Shown one piece after another: positions 59,817 to 64,000 of a DNA stretch of 64,000 bases; position 1 is the stretch's first letter; each line of letters opens with the position of its first letter. The notes under the pieces are model-generated. The model saw only the letters and a program-made list of their open reading frames with translations. It did not search any database and had not been told where the DNA came from. The translations under genes were made by a program, and so were the position numbers. The stretch comes from Parvibaculaceae bacterium. GTDB taxonomy: Bacteria > Pseudomonadota > Alphaproteobacteria > JAPOUT01. Location of the stretch: contig OY734805.1 in NCBI GenBank assembly GCA_963457525.1, forward strand, positions 2,138,900 through 2,202,899, written 5' to 3'.

Positions 59817-60886
59817 TCGTCCGTTGAGTTTGTCGTATTCGCTTGCGTCTCAAGGGCTTGGAGGTCGACGTTTTGCAAATCGTTTTTGACATGGTCAACG
59901 AGTCCGAGGCGGGACATTTCGAGGGCGACTCCCATGGCCGATGAAAATCCCGTGCTTGTGGCGTGACCATGGCTTTTGACAACCAGTTGGTTAAGTCCGA
60001 GCATCACCCCGCCGTTAAATTCCTGCGGCTCCATTTTCCGCCAGAGCATATCGAAGGCGTCGCGCATGAAGAGATAGCCGAAGCGCGCAAGCACGGAGCG
60101 CTTGATAATGGAGCGCATGAGGTAGGCGATGAAGTCGGCGGCGCCTTCCGCGGTTTTGAGAGCGACGTTCCCGGTGAACCCGCCGGTGACGATAACGTCG
60201 CACAATCCGCTTGTGAGGTCGTTGCCTTCGACGAAGCCGTGGAATTCCATCGGGAGGTTTGCGTTTTGCAGCCACTGCGCCGCGTCGCGTATGGCTTTCG
60301 TGCCTTTGACCTCTTCGATGCCGATGTTCAGGAGGGCAACCCGCGGAGTTTCAATTCCAAGGATCATGCGGGCGTAGGCCGCTCCCATGATGGCGAATTG
60401 GGCAAGTTGCAGGCTGCTGGGTCTCAGGTTGGCGCCCACATCCAGAAAGACGACGTCGCTGCGCACGGAGGGGAACAGCACGGCGAGGGCCGGACGTTCG
60501 ATTCCCTCCATGGTTCCAAGAACGAGATTGGACATTGCCAGCAGCGCGCCGGTGTTTCCCGCGGATACGGCCATTTGCGCGTTTCCCTCCTTGATGTCGT
60601 TGATGGCGTTCCACATGCTTGAGGTTTTCCGCCCGCGCCTGAGCGCCTGCGAAGGCGTTTCCTCCATCGTGATGGCAATATCGGCGTGTTTGACGGTGGA
60701 AGCCTCGCGTACGAGGGGATATGCATCCAGGAAGGGCTCAAGCTGCTGTTCGTCTCCGTGCAGGAGGATTTTAAAAGGCTGTTCTTCCTTCAGGCACTGG
60801 TTAACGCCCGCGATGATTGCACCGGGTGCGTCGTCGCCTCCCATGGCGTCGACAGCGACGGTCGGGATGTTTTGTCGGGTTGCCAT
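59813..60886 (-). CDS. plsX: Phosphate acyltransferase PlsX
   Basis: Begins VAVDAMGGD; 357 aa. Confidence 0.9.
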   Translation of the reverse strand: MATRQNIPTVAVDAMGGDDAPGAIIAGVNQCLKEEQPFKILLHGDEQQLEPFLDAYPLVREASTVKHADIAITMEETPSQALRRGRKTSSMWNAINDIKEGNAQMAVSAGNTGALLAMSNLVLGTMEGIERPALAVLFPSVRSDVVFLDVGANLRPSSLQLAQFAIMGAAYARMILGIETPRVALLNIGIEEVKGTKAIRDAAQWLQNANLPMEFHGFVEGNDLTSGLCDVIVTGGFTGNVALKTAEGAADFIAYLMRSIIKRSVLARFGYLFMRDAFDMLWRKMEPQEFNGGVMLGLNQLVVKSHGHATSTGFSSAMGVALEMSRLGLVDHVKNDLQNVDLQALETQANTTNSTDE

Positions 60887-61431
60887 TATTGTTTTTGGAG
60901 GACGGCGAAGGGGGACTTTCGCGATGTTGTCGTGTCGGCGGAATCCGGCAGTGCGGCTCCGGGAATGTGCGGATAAGGATCGAGAACGAGGGAAAGCTGT
61001 TGGGCGACAAGTTCTCCGAGATCAATGCCTTCGGGCGTGATGTCTTCCGGATCTTCGATATCAACGGGCGTGTCGATATTGATGTCCCCCTGCAGGGCTT
61101 CTTGCTGCCCTCCCTGCTGCCCCCCTTGTTGGGCGCCCGGTTGTTTGAAGAACGAGACGAAGCTCTCGCGCACTTTTTGCTCAATGGGTTTGAGCGAAAT
61201 AACGCATCTCTGGACGACATCGGCATTAATCGTTCCATGAACGCGAACGCCCGAGCCCTCCCACGGATGAATGGTCACTTCCGCGTTGAGGGCGCGCACG
61301 GCTTCAAGGCTGAAGCGTTTTGCGAGCTCGCCGCATTCGTCCGGCCGGGCGGAGATATTGCGGCGAATCTCCTGTTTGGACTGCAGCGTGAGAATATCGC
61401 TGATTTTGAGTTGTCTTACGAATTCGGACAT
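60886..61431 (-). CDS. yceD: YceD/DUF177-family protein
   Basis: Upstream of plsX. Start taken as the internal ATG (MSEFVRQLKISD). rpmF is not present between it and plsX. Confidence 0.6.
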   Translation of the reverse strand: MSEFVRQLKISDILTLQSKQEIRRNISARPDECGELAKRFSLEAVRALNAEVTIHPWEGSGVRVHGTINADVVQRCVISLKPIEQKVRESFVSFFKQPGAQQGGQQGGQQEALQGDINIDTPVDIEDPEDITPEGIDLGELVAQQLSLVLDPYPHIPGAALPDSADTTTSRKSPFAVLQKQ

Positions 61432-61532
61432 ATTCTTTACATAACGGACGGAAAAGTGTATGGTTACCAAGTCTATTTCATACCCTATCGGGTATGTTTT
61501 TACAACTCACATTTTAGAACGGAGATGGACAG

Positions 61533-61985
61533 ATGGCCGAATATTTGGGATTTCGCGGGATTATGGTCGCAGTCGGCATGCTGGTTGTATCGGCGTGTTC
61601 GGCGAATGTCGACCAGCGTGGTTACATTTTTGATGATGAAAAGGTTGCGAGTATCCAAGTCGGCGAGGTTCTGCGCCAGGATGTCGCCCGCGTGATGGGT
61701 TCCCCGACGATTTTGCCGGTATCGGGCGGGAATGTTTGGTACTATGTCGGCGGGGAAACCGAGCGCTTTGCGTTTTTCGAACCGACAATTCTTGAGCGTA
61801 AAATTGTTGCATTCCGTTTCGGCGAGGACGGATTTGTCGAGAGCATTGAAACTTATGGATTGGAAGACGGGGTCGAGGTTAGTTTTGCCGAGGATGTGAC
61901 CCCTTCGCGCGGACGGGATTTGGGCATCTTTGAAGAAATATTCGGAAACATCGGACGCTTCACGCCGGCAGGAGTTCAACCTTAG
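61533..61985 (+). CDS. bamE: Outer-membrane protein assembly factor BamE (SmpA/OmlA lipoprotein)
   Basis: Lipobox VVSAC followed by a SmpA_OmlA fold (DQRGYIFDDEKVASIQVG..VAR.MGSP); 150 aa. Confidence 0.75.
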   Translation: MAEYLGFRGIMVAVGMLVVSACSANVDQRGYIFDDEKVASIQVGEVLRQDVARVMGSPTILPVSGGNVWYYVGGETERFAFFEPTILERKIVAFRFGEDGFVESIETYGLEDGVEVSFAEDVTPSRGRDLGIFEEIFGNIGRFTPAGVQP

Positions 61986-62210
61986 CGAAATACATTCGTA
62001 AAGATCGGCAGGCAAAATGTCGGCAAGTCATCGCTGGCACTTTATCAGGCTTGGGAAGAGCCTTGCGGAAGAAGGTTGGAAGATATTGTCTTGGCGTGGA
62101 AAGCTATGGAAATGCGCGTGTTTATCGTCGGCGAATCTAGACAGATTGCGCAAGGTTTTTAGAATCGTTTGATATCAATTAAACGGCATGGGATGCTCCG
62201 GCCAACCTTG

Positions 62211-62678
62211 CTAACGCGCTTTCTCGTCATTTCTTTTTTCTCTTATGTATTCTTCCTGAATATATCTATAAGGAATCACGGATTTTTCGCCGAACTCATT
62301 TTTTGTTCGTTCCCATGCTCCACCCTCCTTATGAGTATAACCTACAAGATAGCCTGGCGACTTGTCCCTTCCCCAATTAACAACGGTCTCCAACATTCCA
62401 TATTCGGATTGGTGGTATTTTCTTATATCGACATACGGGAACACATTCTTAACGTGGGACGCTCCAAAATCCTTGCAGAAATCATACAACTCGGGTTGAA
62501 GCGGTCCGTATTTCCACGCTTCGAAATCTCCTCGTATAAGATATTTCGGATTTTCCTTATCCTCCCCGATAAAATTTAAACATGCGATATAGAGAAGTTT
62601 TTGCAATTTTAGATTGGAAGCTTTCCAGCCTGATAATTCGCAAATTATTCTCCCGGCTTGGATAGATGATATAGACAT
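62211..62678 (-). CDS. Panacea-domain (DUF4065, SocA-like) putative antitoxin
   Basis: LQKLLYIACLNFIGEDKENPKYLIRGDFEAWKYGPLQPELY fits the Panacea core (LQKLLYfa...F.Ae.F.Aw..GPV.p.vY). Low-GC context. Confidence 0.6.
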   Translation of the reverse strand: MSISSIQAGRIICELSGWKASNLKLQKLLYIACLNFIGEDKENPKYLIRGDFEAWKYGPLQPELYDFCKDFGASHVKNVFPYVDIRKYHQSEYGMLETVVNWGRDKSPGYLVGYTHKEGGAWERTKNEFGEKSVIPYRYIQEEYIREKRNDEKAR

Positions 62679-62851
62679 TGTTAATTAAACAATTTGATAA
62701 ACAGACCGACCGACCGACAACTGTGTTCTCAGATTGTTTCCTTCTTATCTATGAACCGATGACAACCAACCAGCTTTCAACTCTCCAGGCGGTATATCAA
62801 ATAACCAAAACCCAAGAAAAGTTAATAGGAGAACACCTTTAACATTGAGCG

Positions 62852-62953
62852 TTATCCGAAGATATGCGGGAACACCAACCAGTCAGCCAGACCATATGTA
62901 GCAATGGCATAAACGACTGGCGGAATGAATTCCACTAAATCATCAATCGTCAT
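62852..62953 (-). CDS. 33-aa hydrophobic peptide ORF (candidate small membrane toxin), missing from the ORF track because it is under 60 aa
   Basis: Hand-translated as MTIDDLVEFIPPVVYAIATYGLADWLVFPHIFG. AAGGAG sits 8 nt before the ATG. It lies 170 nt upstream of, and on the same strand as, the Panacea gene. Confidence 0.35.
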   Translation of the reverse strand: MTIDDLVEFIPPVVYAIATYGLADWLVFPHIFG

Positions 62954-63517
62954 CTTATTATCTCCTTATCAGGTCAGTTGGTGATACTGGAAACGTAATA
63001 TCAATTCGTTCTAAGCGCAATAATACTTATTAATTTCCACCGATTCGTCAAAACTCTCCCGTTACCGTCCAATTTCAGCCTGATTCGCCTTTATTGGCAT
63101 AATCAGGTTTTTACTCGTTAAAAACTCGTAAGTATCCAGTGTTACTGGAAAAACCGGATACTTATAAGATGAGAGCAGTAAAGAGCCCGTTCCGCCATCA
63201 GTAGCAGGAACGGGGAAAATCGGGCTAATAGGAGAGATGATAGGGCATGACCCAAAGGAATTGTGTCTGCAACCCTTCAACGCCAATTGCGATATATTGG
63301 GGACTTGAGACAATTATTCGTTTCATCGCTGCCGGATAATATCGAGTGGTTTTGATTTTATGGTCGGCACAAGTCAGGTATGGCATTTTATTTAAAGACA
63401 AAGGTAACAGACCATGCTATACTGCCAATATGCAACAAGAGAACTCAGACTGCAGATTCGAAGGTCTGAAGCATCGGTTCGAGTTGCCGGGAAAACAAGT
63501 TATGTAGGAGGTGTATT

Positions 63518-63742
63518 ATGAACACAGGACAAACAATCGGAGCGATTGTAGTAGCCGTATTCACGGTAATAGCGACTGTGGTTGGGGCGACTTGGATAGT
63601 GTTGGAAGAGATTGGCGAAGTTCGTATTGAACTTCACAAAGAAAATGCAGAGGTTCGTGAAAACATCGGTGGTCTCCGCGGAGATGTTGGAAATGTCGAT
63701 ACCAAACTTGGCGCATTTATAGATTCTCATAGGAGAACATGA
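63518..63742 (+). CDS. Small membrane-anchored coiled-coil protein (phage-like remnant)
   Basis: TAGGAGGTG sits 7 nt before the ATG. The N-terminus is a TM helix (IGAIVVAVFTVIATVVGATWIVL) followed by a charged helical segment. Confidence 0.45.
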   Translation: MNTGQTIGAIVVAVFTVIATVVGATWIVLEEIGEVRIELHKENAEVRENIGGLRGDVGNVDTKLGAFIDSHRRT

Positions 63743-64000
63743 TCTTTTTTACGATGCTGCCGCCAAAAACGATGAGGAGAATTCCACTTCGGCAAATTAA
63801 ACCGCTGTTGCCATTCCACGTAAAACGGCATTCGGCGATTACGGCAGACATAAAAGTTTCATCAGAGCGAATCGCTACGAAAAGAAACGAATTCTAAGGG
63901 GTTTCTGCCCGGGTCTCTTGGGGATAATTTTCTTAAACTCCGTGCGCTAAAATAGCAAGCAGCAACAGCGCCACAATATTCGTAATCTTGATTATCAAAT

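Noticed and set aside
63062-63313. 83-aa minus-strand ORF in the AT-rich remnant
   Set aside because: No RBS, proline/serine-rich low-complexity translation and no partner genes. It is probably non-coding.

Overview
High-GC (~60%) chromosomal window most consistent with an alphaproteobacterium. Indicators are the fused ispDF, the ntrY-ntrX-trkA-hflX neighbourhood, the murA-DUF2948-hisD-UPF0262-LMW-PTP run and the yceD-plsX-fabH-ihfA-MerR-tRNA-Pro run. Housekeeping content: an anaerobic-type cobalamin biosynthesis operon (cbiG partial, cbiL, cbiET, cbiC, cbiX), then uvrA, ssb, gyrA, coaD, a cyclophilin, tRNA-Lys, hemB, cobD, a rhomboid protease, an hda-like gene, ppk1, ispE, pgpA, ispDF, ntrYX, trkAH, hflX, metG, holB, tmk, a DD-carboxypeptidase, rlpA, a PotABCD-like ABC importer carrying an embedded Rieske oxygenase, an aminotransferase, hisD, murA, plsX, fabH, ihfA and bamE. 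Three lower-GC accessory patches stand out. (1) 43.7-45.3 kb holds a small secreted peptide plus three tandemly duplicated tail-anchored coiled-coil mini-proteins. (2) 51.1-57.8 kb is a tRNA-bounded island. It starts at a tRNA-Thr(GGU) gene split by a 210-nt ORF-less group I intron in the anticodon loop and ends at tRNA-Pro(GGG). It encodes two paralogous putative outer-membrane proteins (N-terminal beta-barrel-like domain plus Calx-beta/Ig-like repeats), a TbpB-like surface lipoprotein and an IS1595-family transposase remnant. (3) 62-64 kb is a phage-like remnant with a Panacea-domain (antitoxin-like) gene preceded by a 33-aa hydrophobic peptide ORF. hisD additionally carries an in-frame tandem-repeat insertion of about 200 nt. 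All calls rest on reading the supplied translations and sequence; no database search was possible.
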